A stretch of DNA of 64,000 nucleotides from Xanthobacteraceae bacterium. Lineage in GTDB: Bacteria > Pseudomonadota > Alphaproteobacteria > Rhizobiales > Xanthobacteraceae. Below are positions 36,933 through 46,459 of this stretch, piece by piece (within the stretch, counting starts at the first letter, position 1; each line of letters begins with the position of its first letter). Below the pieces are notes generated by a model that did not search any database, had not been told where the DNA came from, and was given only the letters and a program-made list of their open reading frames with translations. The stretch lies in contig JBJMTV010000010.1 of the NCBI GenBank assembly GCA_045811525.1, positions 3,385 to 67,384 of the forward strand, given 5' to 3'. Made by a program: the position numbers and the translations under genes.

Positions 36933-37007
36933 TGGAGCGGGCGAAGGGATTCGAACCCTCGACCCCAACCTTGGCAAGGTTGTGCTCTACCCCTGAGCTA
37001 CACCCGC
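36933..37007 (-). tRNA. tRNA-Gly (anticodon GCC)
   Basis: The reverse complement folds as GCGGGTG-TA-GCTC-AGGGGTA-GAGC-A-CAACC-TTGCCAA-GGTTG-GGGTC-GAGGG-TTCGAAT-CCCTT-CGCCCGC-T-CCA. Confidence 0.95.
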
Positions 37008-37175
37008 GTCCGACGAAGGGTATGCGGCACCGGCCTCTTCGTAGGCGTGGCCGACCGGCTGATGCTATGCCAAAACCCCGGACCGTTTGCAACCGCGCCG
37101 CGATCGCATCTCATATCGCCAAGCGGGCGGCGGCGCCCCCGCTATGGCCCGAACCCGTGCACCCGACTGCCCGAG

Positions 37176-37676
37176 ATGACCTCGCCCGCCGCCCTCTTCG
37201 CCTTTCTTGATAAGCTCGGGATCAGGCACTCCTCGGTGAGCCACCCGCCGCTGTTCACGGTCGAACAGGCACGCGCCTTGCGCGGCAGCATTGCCGGTGC
37301 GCACACCAAGAACCTGTTCCTGCGCGACAAGAAAGGAGCGCTTTTCCTCGTGACCGCGCTCGAGGATGCCTCGATCGAGCTGCGATCGCTGCACCGCCTC
37401 CTGGGTGCTTCCGGCCGGCTGTCCTTCGGCTCGGCCGATCTCATGCGTGAGACGCTCGGTATCGAGCCCGGTGCGGTGACCCCATTCGCAGCGCTCAATG
37501 ACACCGAGCACCGCGTCGCTGTGGTGCTCGATGCCGACCTGATGCGTCATGACCCCATCAACTGCCACCCGCTGGTGAATACGATGACGACCACCGTCAG
37601 TCGCGTGGACCTCGTGCGTTTCCTCAGGGAAACCGGCCATGCGCCACGGATCGAGCGACTTGCGGGACTTGGCTGA
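37176..37676 (+). CDS. prolyl-tRNA synthetase-associated (YbaK/ProX-type) editing-domain protein
   Basis: The HTKNLFLRDKKG and GAVTPF motifs are typical of the YbaK/ProX family. Confidence 0.8.
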   Translation: MTSPAALFAFLDKLGIRHSSVSHPPLFTVEQARALRGSIAGAHTKNLFLRDKKGALFLVTALEDASIELRSLHRLLGASGRLSFGSADLMRETLGIEPGAVTPFAALNDTEHRVAVVLDADLMRHDPINCHPLVNTMTTTVSRVDLVRFLRETGHAPRIERLAGLG

Positions 37677-37880
37677 GGCGGTTTAGACGCCCGCATCGTT
37701 CTAGCGGCGACTTGGGCGATGCGAACCGCCGTCGGCGGTTCCGGTTGCAAAGAACCCTGTTGACACCATTTAACCGGGCATATTGAGCTTTTCGCCTGGC
37801 GCTCTTGCTCGAGACGCCCGTAACGGTGGCACATGCCAGAATGGGCCGCCGCCCTGACCGGGATTTAGGGGATTGACGAC

Positions 37881-38786
37881 ATGACGATGCTGCAAGGGGG
37901 TGACGCGGCAACCAGCGCACCCGCGGTCAAAGACACGACCACCCAGACCTTCATGAAGGACGTTATCGAGGAATCGAAGCGCCAGCCGGTGTTGGTCGAT
38001 TTCTGGGCCGAGTGGTGCGGCCCGTGCAAGCAACTGGCCCCGGTGCTGGAAAAGGTGGTGAAGGCGGCCAAAGGCAAGGTCAAGCTCGTCAAGATGGACA
38101 TCGACAAGCACCCCTCAATCCCGGGACAGCTCGGCATCCAGTCAATCCCCGCGGTGTTTGCTTTCGTCAATGGCCAGCCGGTGGACGGCTTCCTCGGAGC
38201 GCTGCCGGAGGGGCAGATCACCGCTTTCATCGAGCGCCTCACCAAGGACCGCATCGGCGGTGAGGAGCAGGACCTGCTCAAAGAGGCCGACGCTGCCCTC
38301 GCCGAAGGCGATGCCGCCGGCGCAGCCGATCTCTATGCGCAGGTGCTGGCGCAGGATTCGGCTAACGTCGCCGCGCTCGCCGGACTCGCACGCTCTTACG
38401 TGCTCACCGGGGCTCTGGAGCAGGCGAAGCAGACAATGGCGCTGATCCCCGAAGCCAAGCGCAACGATCCGGCGGTGGTTGCCGCCCGAGCCGCGCTTGA
38501 TCTCTCCGAGCAGGCAAAATCGGTCGGCCCCATCGGCGAGCTCGAGGCCAAGGTTGCCGCCGATCCGCGCGACCATCAGGCACGCTTTGATCTCGCGGTG
38601 GGCCTGAACGGCCAGGGCCGGCGCCAGGAGGCGGTGGACAACCTGCTCGAGATCGTGAGGCGCGATCGCAAATGGAATGACGACGGGGCACGCAAGCAGC
38701 TGGTGCAGTTTTTCGAAGCTTGGGGGCCGACCGACGAGGCCACCGTGAACGGGCGCAAGCGCCTGTCCTCGATCCTCTTCTCGTAG
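37881..38786 (+). CDS. thioredoxin-domain protein with a TPR-like C-terminal domain (YbbN/CnoX type)
   Basis: The WAEWCGPCK active site is followed by about 190 aa of helical repeats. Confidence 0.85.
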   Translation: MTMLQGGDAATSAPAVKDTTTQTFMKDVIEESKRQPVLVDFWAEWCGPCKQLAPVLEKVVKAAKGKVKLVKMDIDKHPSIPGQLGIQSIPAVFAFVNGQPVDGFLGALPEGQITAFIERLTKDRIGGEEQDLLKEADAALAEGDAAGAADLYAQVLAQDSANVAALAGLARSYVLTGALEQAKQTMALIPEAKRNDPAVVAARAALDLSEQAKSVGPIGELEAKVAADPRDHQARFDLAVGLNGQGRRQEAVDNLLEIVRRDRKWNDDGARKQLVQFFEAWGPTDEATVNGRKRLSSILFS

Positions 38787-38853
38787 TGTGGCGGTTCAGA
38801 TTCCGGCGCCTTTGTCGCCGGGATCTCGTCATGCGGACATCGGAATGCGGCCA
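38787..38853. repeat. degenerate copy of hairpin repeat family B
   Basis: GTGTGGCGGTTCAGA is identical to 21133-21147. CTCGTCATGCGGAC matches 21172-21185 at 13 of 14 positions. The central part is replaced by a TCCGGCG-7 nt-CGCCGGA hairpin. Confidence 0.5.
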
Positions 38854-38921
38854 CCGCCCTGCTGCGAGCAGCCGCGCTTGGACCGGCAGGCGTGGTGGAG
38901 CGTGGCGCGGGATACGCAACG

Positions 38922-39596
38922 ATGCCGATGAACGTCGACTATCAGTCTCCCGCGGATTTGCCGCAGACTATTCCGATTTTTCCGCTGCCCGGCGCCTTGC
39001 TGCTACCGCGCGGGCAGATGCCGCTGAACATCTTCGAGCCGCGCTATCTCGTGATGGTGGATGATGCCTTGCGCTCCGGTCAGCGGCTCATCGGCATGAT
39101 CCAGCCTGACGAGATGCACCCTGGCGCGGATAACAAGCCTCGTTTGTTCAATGTCGGATGCGTCGGCCGCATCACGCAGCTGGCGGAGACGGGCGACGGC
39201 CGTTACCTGCTGCAACTCACGGGCATTGCTCGCTTTCAGGTCGAGCACGAGCTCACGGTCCCCACTGCTTACCGACAATGTCATGTGAGCTATCAGCCAT
39301 TCGTGAATGATTTCGTTGCCCGCAAAGGGGAGGACGAGGTCGACCGCGAGAGCCTGTTGCGGGCACTCAAGCAGTTCCTCAAGGCCAACAACCTTCAGGC
39401 TGATTGGGAAGGGATCGAGAACGCGCCGAACGAGGCGCTGGTCAACGCGCTCGCCATGATGTCGCCCTATGGAGCCGCAGAAAAGCAGGCCATGCTGGAG
39501 GCGCCCGACCTCAAGACGCGCGCCGAGATCCTGATTGCGGTAACCGAGATGGAGCTCGCCAAGAAAAACGCCGGCGGCGAGACGCCGCTGCAGTAG
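38922..39596 (+). CDS. LON peptidase substrate-binding (LON-N) domain protein
   Basis: IPIFPLPGALLLPRGQMPLNIFEPRY is the typical LON N-domain start. Confidence 0.8.
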   Translation: MPMNVDYQSPADLPQTIPIFPLPGALLLPRGQMPLNIFEPRYLVMVDDALRSGQRLIGMIQPDEMHPGADNKPRLFNVGCVGRITQLAETGDGRYLLQLTGIARFQVEHELTVPTAYRQCHVSYQPFVNDFVARKGEDEVDRESLLRALKQFLKANNLQADWEGIENAPNEALVNALAMMSPYGAAEKQAMLEAPDLKTRAEILIAVTEMELAKKNAGGETPLQ

Positions 39597-39740
39597 CGCG
39601 CTAATAATAAGCTCGGAGCGTAGCGCGCGACCGAGTGGTGGCTTTCAAAGACTCCCGTCTTGACGAGCATAACCGCGGACCTCCGCTGCTGCCTTTGGGT
39701 CATTGCGTCACTACCTGCGAATACAACTCCGGAGCCCGGC

Positions 39741-39935
39741 ATGAGCACTCCCGAACGGCCAGCGAGCAGCATCGATCGCAAGCTTCTCGAGCTCCTGGTC
39801 TGTCCGAAAACGAAGGGACCGCTTGAATACGATGCCGAGCGCCAAGAGCTCATCTCGCGTGCGGCCGGGCTCGCTTACCCGATCCGCGACGGCATTCCGA
39901 TTATGCTGGAGGAAGAGGCCCGCAAGCTCGATTGA
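39741..39935 (+). CDS. Trm112 family protein
   Basis: [16 protein letters not shown] ... [11 protein letters not shown] is the Trm112/UPF0434 signature. Confidence 0.8.
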   Translation: MSTPERPASSIDRKLLELLVCPKTKGPLEYDAERQELISRAAGLAYPIRDGIPIMLEEEARKLD

Positions 39936-40005
39936 GCTCGCGTCATCTTGTCAGGGTGCGCGAACATGGCGGGCCCGATGCTGCGTTGATGCGAATGGAG
40001 GCACA

Positions 40006-40629
40006 ATGCTGAAGATCTGGGGGCGCACCACCTCGATCAATGTGCAGAAGGCAATGTGGGCGGTCGGCGAGCTTGGGTTGCCGCATGAGCGCATCGACGT
40101 TGGCGGCTCATTCGGCAAGAACAAAGAGCGGCCGTACCTGGCGATGAATCCCAATGGTCTCGTGCCGACTCTCGAGGAGGACGGCTTTTTTCTTTGGGAG
40201 TCCAACTCGATCGTTCGCTACCTGGCAGCGAAACATGGTGCCGGCGGCCTCGAGCCGGACGACCTGCGCGAGCGCGCGCGCGCCAGCAGCTGGATGGACT
40301 GGCACCTCACGGTGGCGCAGCCGGCGCTCACTCCGGTGTTCTGGGGGCTCATCCGAACGGCGCCGGAACAGCGCGATCATGCCGCCATCGAAGCCGGCAA
40401 GGTCAAGTCGATCGCGGCGATGCGCATCCTCGATGCGCAACTGGCAAAGACACGCTTCGTGGCCGCAGACAATTTCACCATGGGTGATATTCCCGTCGCA
40501 GCGTCGAGCTACCGCTTTCGCCGGCTCATGCCGGACCGGCCGCCGCTGGATAACCTCGAGTGCTGGTTTGCCGGAATCGAGCAACGCCCGGCCTTCAAGG
40601 AGCACGTGGCCGCCGTTCCGTTCGTGTGA
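40006..40629 (+). CDS. glutathione S-transferase
   Basis: MLKIWGRTTSINVQKAMWAVGELGL N-domain, a VPTLEEDGFFLWESNSIVRYL G-site, and a helical C-domain. Confidence 0.85.
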   Translation: MLKIWGRTTSINVQKAMWAVGELGLPHERIDVGGSFGKNKERPYLAMNPNGLVPTLEEDGFFLWESNSIVRYLAAKHGAGGLEPDDLRERARASSWMDWHLTVAQPALTPVFWGLIRTAPEQRDHAAIEAGKVKSIAAMRILDAQLAKTRFVAADNFTMGDIPVAASSYRFRRLMPDRPPLDNLECWFAGIEQRPAFKEHVAAVPFV

Positions 40630-40638
40630 GCGAACGGA

Positions 40639-41922
40639 CTAGAGAATTTCTCCGCGCAGGAGCCTCGGCACCTCACCCACGAGCCCGGCAGCCTCGCGCA
40701 CGAAGAGCTGCTTGAGTCCCGGCATGCGGTCGACAATGCCGAGCCCAACGTCGCGCACAAGCCGCAGAACGTCAGACTGGTTCGAGAACAGCCGGTTGAG
40801 GCCATCCGTCATCACCGACATGGCGGCCGTGTCGAAGCGGCGCCAGCGCTGGTAGCGGTCAAGCACGGCGAGGGAGCCGGGATCGAGGCCGAGGCGCACG
40901 GCGTCGACAATCACCTCGGCGAGTGCGGCCACGTCTTTCAGTCCCATATTGAGCCCTTGCCCCGCGATCGGGTGAATGACGTGTGCCGCGTCCCCGATCA
41001 GGGCCACGCGGTCGGCCACGAATGCGCGCGCCATCGACAGGCTCAGCGGATGGATGTGGCGCGGACCGACCACTGCAATCTCGCCGAGCTCGAGGCCAAA
41101 GCGCTGCTCGAGCTCGAGATGGAACGCCGCATCCGCGAGTGTCATGATGCGCTCGGCCTCGCGCGTCTGCTCGGTCCACACGATCGAACAACGCCGGCCG
41201 GTCAGCGGCAGGATGGCGAACGGCCCGCCCGGCAAGAAATGTTCCTCGGCCCGGCCGTGATGATCGCGCTCGTGCGCGACGGTCGTGACAATGGCGCACT
41301 GGTCATAGCGCCAGCCGTGCACCGCAATGCCGGCACGCTCGCGAATCGCGGAATGCGCCCCGTCAGCGCCGACGACCAGACGTGCGACGATCTCGCTTGC
41401 ATCGCCGAGCCGCAGCTGCGCGGCATCCCCTTCGACGGAAAAATCCGTCACGGACGTCGGGCGCAGCAGCACTCCTTGCGCCTGCGCCTGCCTCTGCAAT
41501 GTCGCGAGCAAGGCTGCATTCTCGACCATGTGGGCAAACGGCTCGCCTGCTGCGACCTCGCCGGCGAAGGTGAGGAAAGTCGGCCGCATCACGTCCGAGA
41601 CGCGGCTGTCGGTGACTTTCATGTCGAGGATGGGCTGCGCATCGATCGCCTCCCATGCACCGATCGACTGCAGCAGCCGCCGTGCGGCGGCGACAATGGC
41701 CGACGCGCGCATGTCGCCCGCGTGCGCACCAGCCCCGCCCGCGCCAGCGCTGCTGCTGCTCGCGGCGCCTGGTTGCGCGCGACCGGCTAGCGCCGGATCG
41801 GCAACGCAGACCACGAAGGACGATCCCAGGGCCTGACGCAGCGCGACTGCGAGCGCGAGACCGGCGAAGCCGCCGCCCGCGATCAGCACATCGACGTGCA
41901 ATGCATTTGCCGAGGGCTGCAT
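40639..41922 (-). CDS. UbiH/UbiF/VisC/COQ6-family FAD-dependent ubiquinone-biosynthesis hydroxylase
   Basis: DVLIAGGGFAGLALA FAD-binding motif and a LIGDAAHVIHPIAGQGLNMG motif. It contains an Ala/Ser/Gly-rich insert near the N-terminus. Confidence 0.85.
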   Translation of the reverse strand: MQPSANALHVDVLIAGGGFAGLALAVALRQALGSSFVVCVADPALAGRAQPGAASSSSAGAGGAGAHAGDMRASAIVAAARRLLQSIGAWEAIDAQPILDMKVTDSRVSDVMRPTFLTFAGEVAAGEPFAHMVENAALLATLQRQAQAQGVLLRPTSVTDFSVEGDAAQLRLGDASEIVARLVVGADGAHSAIRERAGIAVHGWRYDQCAIVTTVAHERDHHGRAEEHFLPGGPFAILPLTGRRCSIVWTEQTREAERIMTLADAAFHLELEQRFGLELGEIAVVGPRHIHPLSLSMARAFVADRVALIGDAAHVIHPIAGQGLNMGLKDVAALAEVIVDAVRLGLDPGSLAVLDRYQRWRRFDTAAMSVMTDGLNRLFSNQSDVLRLVRDVGLGIVDRMPGLKQLFVREAAGLVGEVPRLLRGEIL

Positions 41923-41995
41923 CCCTGAGCTCCAGCCCCTCTATAGCATCCTTGTCCGCCTTTCGCCGCTCGCAGCAGCCTGCTAAGCGGAGACC

Positions 41996-42865
41996 GTGAC
42001 GGCGATCCAGGATCTTCTCCGCGTCCTCGACCTCGAGCAGCTCGAGCTCAACCTGTTTCGCGGCCACTCGCCGGAGGTCCATCGTCGGCGTGTGTATGGC
42101 GGCCAAGTGGTCGGTCAGGCTCTGGTCGCGGCCTGCCGCACGGTCGATGTTGCAGCCCGCCCGCCGCATTCGCTGCATGCGTATTTCATGCTCGGCGGGG
42201 ATCCCAAGGCTCCGATCATCTACGAAGTCGACCGGATCCGCGACGGCAAGAGCTTCGCCACACGCCGCGTGGTGGCGATCCAGCACGGCGAGGCAATCTT
42301 CACCATGGCGGTCTCGTTCCACGCGCAGGAGCGTGGCCTCGATCACCAGATCGCCATGCCTCTCGTCCCCTCGCCGGCGGCCCTCGCGGCAGCGGGCGAA
42401 CGGCAACGGCTGCTGCCGTCAATGCCGGAGCCGGTGCGCCGCTATTATGAGCGGGCACGGCCGATCGATATGGAGCCGGTCGAGATCGAGCGCTATATGG
42501 GCCAGCCGCTGGAAGGCGGCCGCTTTCACGTCTGGATCCGGGCAAGCGGAGCGCTGCCCGATGATCCGGCGATCCATCAATGCGTGCTCGCCTACGCCTC
42601 CGACATGAACCTCCTCGACACGTCCATGGTGCCGCACCGACGCACGCTGTTCGAGCCGAGCATCATGGCCGCGAGTCTCGACCATGCGCTATGGTTTCAT
42701 CGCCCCTTTCGTGCCGACGATTGGCTGCTCTATGCACAGGACAGCCCGAACATGTCGGGCGCACGCGGGTTCTCGCGCGGCGAGATTTTTGCGCGCGACG
42801 GCACGCTGGTCGCGTCGGTCACGCAAGAAGGATTGGTGCGCGAGCGCAGAACGCCGGCCTCGTGA
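41996..42865 (+). CDS. tesB: acyl-CoA thioesterase II
   Basis: GTG start. LLRVLDLEQLELNLFRG, HSLHAYF and SLDHALWFH double hot-dog motifs. Confidence 0.85.
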   Translation: MTAIQDLLRVLDLEQLELNLFRGHSPEVHRRRVYGGQVVGQALVAACRTVDVAARPPHSLHAYFMLGGDPKAPIIYEVDRIRDGKSFATRRVVAIQHGEAIFTMAVSFHAQERGLDHQIAMPLVPSPAALAAAGERQRLLPSMPEPVRRYYERARPIDMEPVEIERYMGQPLEGGRFHVWIRASGALPDDPAIHQCVLAYASDMNLLDTSMVPHRRTLFEPSIMAASLDHALWFHRPFRADDWLLYAQDSPNMSGARGFSRGEIFARDGTLVASVTQEGLVRERRTPAS

Positions 42866-43026
42866 GCGGTCTTTCTCCGGTGCGCAGCGATGCAGCATCC
42901 TGAGTTGCCCACAGCTGTTCGCTACGGCGGTTTACTGCCTAAAGTAATTGCTTACTGTGTGAGGACAAAGCCGATAACCTGCGGCTCAGCAGGTTCGCTT
43001 TTTTTGCGCCAGGTTGAGAACCAGCC

Positions 43027-43365
43027 ATGAAGCTCGTCATCGCCATCATCAAACCTTTCAAGCTCGAGGAAGTGCGCGACGCCCTCGTCGCCGTCGGCGT
43101 GCACGGCATGACGGCTAGCGAGGTGAAGGGCTACGGCCGGCAAAAAGGGCATACTGAAATCTATCGTGGCGCCGAGTACGCCGTGAATTTCCTACCCAAA
43201 ATTCGCATCGAGGTGGCGGTGCCGACGGATCGCGTCGACAAGGTGATCGAGGCGATCACCACCTCCGCCAAGACGGGACAGATCGGGGACGGAAAAATCT
43301 TCGTCACCGCGATCGATCAGGCCGTGCGTATCAGGACAGGCGAGACGGACGTGGACGCCCTCTGA
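43027..43365 (+). CDS. glnK: nitrogen regulatory protein P-II
   Basis: MKLVIAIIKPFKLEEVRDAL ... GYGRQKGHTEIYRGAEY T-loop sequence. It lies immediately upstream of amtB. Confidence 0.95.
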   Translation: MKLVIAIIKPFKLEEVRDALVAVGVHGMTASEVKGYGRQKGHTEIYRGAEYAVNFLPKIRIEVAVPTDRVDKVIEAITTSAKTGQIGDGKIFVTAIDQAVRIRTGETDVDAL

Positions 43366-43433
43366 TTGGCCGCAGGAGGGCTGGCACAGAAGGACGCCAG
43401 GATCGGCCGCAGGATTCTGCCAGGGGGCACATC

Positions 43434-44765
43434 ATGAAGAGAGAGATCGGACTGCGCCGCATCGGCGCGCAGCTTCTCGCTGCAGGCGGCGTTCTCATCG
43501 CGGCGTCGCCTGTGGTCGCGCAGCCGGCGGCGCGAATCGACCCGGCGGATACGGCCTGGATGATATCAGCCAGCGCCTTGGTCCTGATGATGACGCTACC
43601 GGGGCTTGCGCTCTTTTATTGCGGCATGGTGCGCAAGAAGAACGTGCTCGCCACCATGGCGCAAAGCCTCGCCTGTGCCACGCTCTGCTCAGTGCTCTGG
43701 TTCGTGTTCGGCTACAGCCTGAGCTTCGTCGGCGATGGGCCATGGCTCGGAACGCTGGAACGCGTGTTCTTGCGCGGCATCAGCATGGAGTCGGTCAGCC
43801 CGTTCGCACCCAGCATTCCTGAGCTGCTGTTCGTCTTCTATCAGATGACCTTTGCCATCATCACCGTGGCCCTGGTAGCGGGCTCGGTGGCCGACCGCAT
43901 GCGGTTCTCGGCATTCTTCTGGTTCGCCGGCGCTTGGCTGCTCGTGGTCTACGTCCCGATCGCGCATTGGGTCTGGGGCGGGGGCTTTCTCGCGGCTGCA
44001 GGCGCGCTCGACTTTGCCGGTGGCACCGTTGTGCATCTCAATGCCGGGATTGCCGGTCTCGTCGCTGCCTACGTTGTCGGCAAGCGTTACGGCTACGGCA
44101 CGGAAAATTTCGCTCCTTATGATTTGTCGCTTGCCGTGATCGGCACGGGTCTTCTCTGGGTGGGCTGGATCGGTTTCAATGGCGGCTCGGCACTCGGTGC
44201 CAACGCGCGCGCAGCATTTGCAATCACCGCGACGCATCTCGCCGCCTCGGCCGGAGCGCTCACTTGGATGCTGCTGGAGTGGTGGACGCGCGGCAAGCCG
44301 TCCGTGCTCGGTATGATCTCAGGAGCGGTCGCCGGCCTCGGCACCATCACTCCGGCCTCCGGTTTTGTATTGCCGTGGCATGGGGTCGTCATTGGCATCA
44401 TCGCCGGAGCCATGTGCTATTGGGCCTGCACCTGGCTCAAGCTCAAGTGTGGCTACGATGACTCGCTCGACGTGTTCGGCGTCCATGGTGTCGGCGGCGC
44501 TACCGGCACACTCTTGACCGGCGTATTCGCAGTCGCCGCACTTTCCGTGAGCGAGGCAACACCCGCAGGGTCCCCGGGACTGATCGAGGGCGCGCCGCGC
44601 CAGTTGCTCATCCAACTCTATGCCGTCATTGCCACGCTGCTGTGGTCGGGGGTGATGACGTTCGTGCTGTTGAAGGTGATCGCGTTTCTCGTTCCGCTGC
44701 GCGTGGCGCAGCAGCACGAGATCGAAGGTCTCGATGTGACGCAGCACGGCGAATCATTGCAGTAG
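43434..44765 (+). CDS. amtB: ammonium transporter
   Basis: 443 aa with 11-12 TM helices and FAGGTVVHLNAG and DDSLDVFGVHGVGG signature motifs. Confidence 0.95.
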   Translation: MKREIGLRRIGAQLLAAGGVLIAASPVVAQPAARIDPADTAWMISASALVLMMTLPGLALFYCGMVRKKNVLATMAQSLACATLCSVLWFVFGYSLSFVGDGPWLGTLERVFLRGISMESVSPFAPSIPELLFVFYQMTFAIITVALVAGSVADRMRFSAFFWFAGAWLLVVYVPIAHWVWGGGFLAAAGALDFAGGTVVHLNAGIAGLVAAYVVGKRYGYGTENFAPYDLSLAVIGTGLLWVGWIGFNGGSALGANARAAFAITATHLAASAGALTWMLLEWWTRGKPSVLGMISGAVAGLGTITPASGFVLPWHGVVIGIIAGAMCYWACTWLKLKCGYDDSLDVFGVHGVGGATGTLLTGVFAVAALSVSEATPAGSPGLIEGAPRQLLIQLYAVIATLLWSGVMTFVLLKVIAFLVPLRVAQQHEIEGLDVTQHGESLQ

Positions 44766-45221
44766 CGCTGCTGCCTTCGGGTGATCGCGGGCGTCAGCGT
44801 CGGACGCGCTATCGGTTCAGCGGGCCACTGACCAAAGTTTGGGCAGGCCTGAGCGAGGCTTGGGCGGCCGCTGTCGCCAGCGCCCCGCCAGCCCCGCGCG
44901 CGTTGTAAATGGCGTTGGGCTTTGAGCCACTTAGACCACCAGCGGTGAACTGGCACGCCCCTTGATTGAAGGCGGGCGAGACTGGCCATTGCAGGAATAC
45001 GGTTAGGGCGCAAACCCGGCATCGCCCTTGCCGTGGAGGGGCTCCAGCATCAGCTGGGGCCCCTCACTTTGGTGCCTCCGTCCATGGGGCGCCTGCAAAA
45101 GAGCAGCCGCAATCTGCGGCATTCGGAATCTACGGCGCGTCCCGCCGATGGTTAAGCAGCCCTTTACCTCGCCGCCGCTATGGTTGGGAACGTTGTGCGG
45201 CGGGCGTGCGCGGCTTAATCC

Positions 45222-46451
45222 ATGTTCATGACTGCTGCCGAACGCTTGAACCCTCCGTCACCGCGCCGCGCTGATATCGGCCGCTCGCCCTTCGTACGGC
45301 TGCGCGAGCTCCTCGGGGACCTTCCGCCGGGGAAACCTCCGATCAGCCTCGCGGTCGGCGAGCCTCAGCACGGCGTCCCCGCATTCGTTGGCCCGGTGGT
45401 CGCCGCTCATCTCGACGAATTCGGCCGCTATCCCATGAACAAGGGGCTGGACGAGCTCTGCGCGGCCGTGGCGCAATGGCTCGGTCGACGTTTCGAGCTG
45501 CCGCGCGCGATCGACCCCGTGCACGAGGTGCTGGTGCTGAACGGGTCGCGTGAGGGCCTTTTCCTCGGAGCGCTCGCCGCCGCCGGCTGGGCCAATGACC
45601 GAGCGTCGAGAGGCACGGCGCCACCGGCCATGCTGATCCCCAACCCGTTCTATGCGGCTTATGCGGCCGGAGCGATCGCCGCCCAGTGTGAGCCGGTCTA
45701 TCTACCGGCGACCGCAGCAAACGGGTTTCTCCCCGATCTCGATGCGCTCTCGGACGAGCTGCTGGCGCGCACAGCGGTCTTTTTCATCGCCTCGCCCGCC
45801 AATCCACAGGGCGCCGTCGCCAAGCTCGCCTATCTGCAACGCCTCGCCACCTTGGCGCGGCGCTTCGGCTTCCTCATCTTCAGCGATGAGTGCTATTCCG
45901 AAATCTATACCCGCGACCCTCCCGCCGGAATCCTGGAAGCCGGCGGTCCAGATTACGCCAACGTGGTCGCGTTTCAGTCCTTGTCCAAACGCTCGAGCCT
46001 GCCCGGGCTGCGCATCGGCTTCGTTGCCGGAGACCGCAGCTTCCTCGCGCGCTTTCTCGAGCTGCGCAATGTCTCGGCGCCTCAGGTGCCAATGCCTATG
46101 CAGCGCGTGGCAATTGCCGCTTATGCGGACGAGGCTCACGTGGTGCAGAACCGCAGCCTCTATGCGCAGAAGTTCGATCTCGCCGATCAGATCCTCGGCG
46201 ATCGCTATGGCTATAAGCGCCCGGCCGGCGGGTTTTTCCTCTGGCTCGATGTCGCAGCGCATGGCGGCGACGAAGCCGTGACGCTGCGGCTGTGGCGCGA
46301 GGCGGGCTTGCGCGTGGTGCCTGGCCGTTATCTCGCACGCGAGCAGCGCGACGGCTCCAATCCCGGCGCAGGGTATATCCGTGTGGCTATGGTGCAGGAT
46401 CAGGCGACCACCGCCGACGCCCTGCATCGTTTGGTGGCGGCACTCGGCTGA
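45222..46451 (+). CDS. class I/II PLP-dependent aminotransferase (DapC/AlaC-like)
   Basis: NPxNPxG-type motif SPANPQG and a [17 protein letters not shown]-lysine motif. The precise substrate is not assignable. Confidence 0.85.
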   Translation: MFMTAAERLNPPSPRRADIGRSPFVRLRELLGDLPPGKPPISLAVGEPQHGVPAFVGPVVAAHLDEFGRYPMNKGLDELCAAVAQWLGRRFELPRAIDPVHEVLVLNGSREGLFLGALAAAGWANDRASRGTAPPAMLIPNPFYAAYAAGAIAAQCEPVYLPATAANGFLPDLDALSDELLARTAVFFIASPANPQGAVAKLAYLQRLATLARRFGFLIFSDECYSEIYTRDPPAGILEAGGPDYANVVAFQSLSKRSSLPGLRIGFVAGDRSFLARFLELRNVSAPQVPMPMQRVAIAAYADEAHVVQNRSLYAQKFDLADQILGDRYGYKRPAGGFFLWLDVAAHGGDEAVTLRLWREAGLRVVPGRYLAREQRDGSNPGAGYIRVAMVQDQATTADALHRLVAALG

Positions 46452-46459
46452 GGCAGCGC

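Noticed and set aside
37760-37786. A TTGACA ... TATTGA promoter-like pair upstream of the thioredoxin/CnoX-type gene.
   Set aside because: The spacer is only 14-15 nt and the -10 match is poor. That is not enough to call a promoter without transcript mapping.
42866-43026. A sigma-54 promoter or NtrC sites upstream of glnK-amtB.
   Set aside because: These would be expected biologically, but I could not find a GG-N10-GC element with a TGGCAC/TTGC context or a TGCACC-N5-GGTGCA-type palindrome in this 160-bp region. I did not call what I cannot see.
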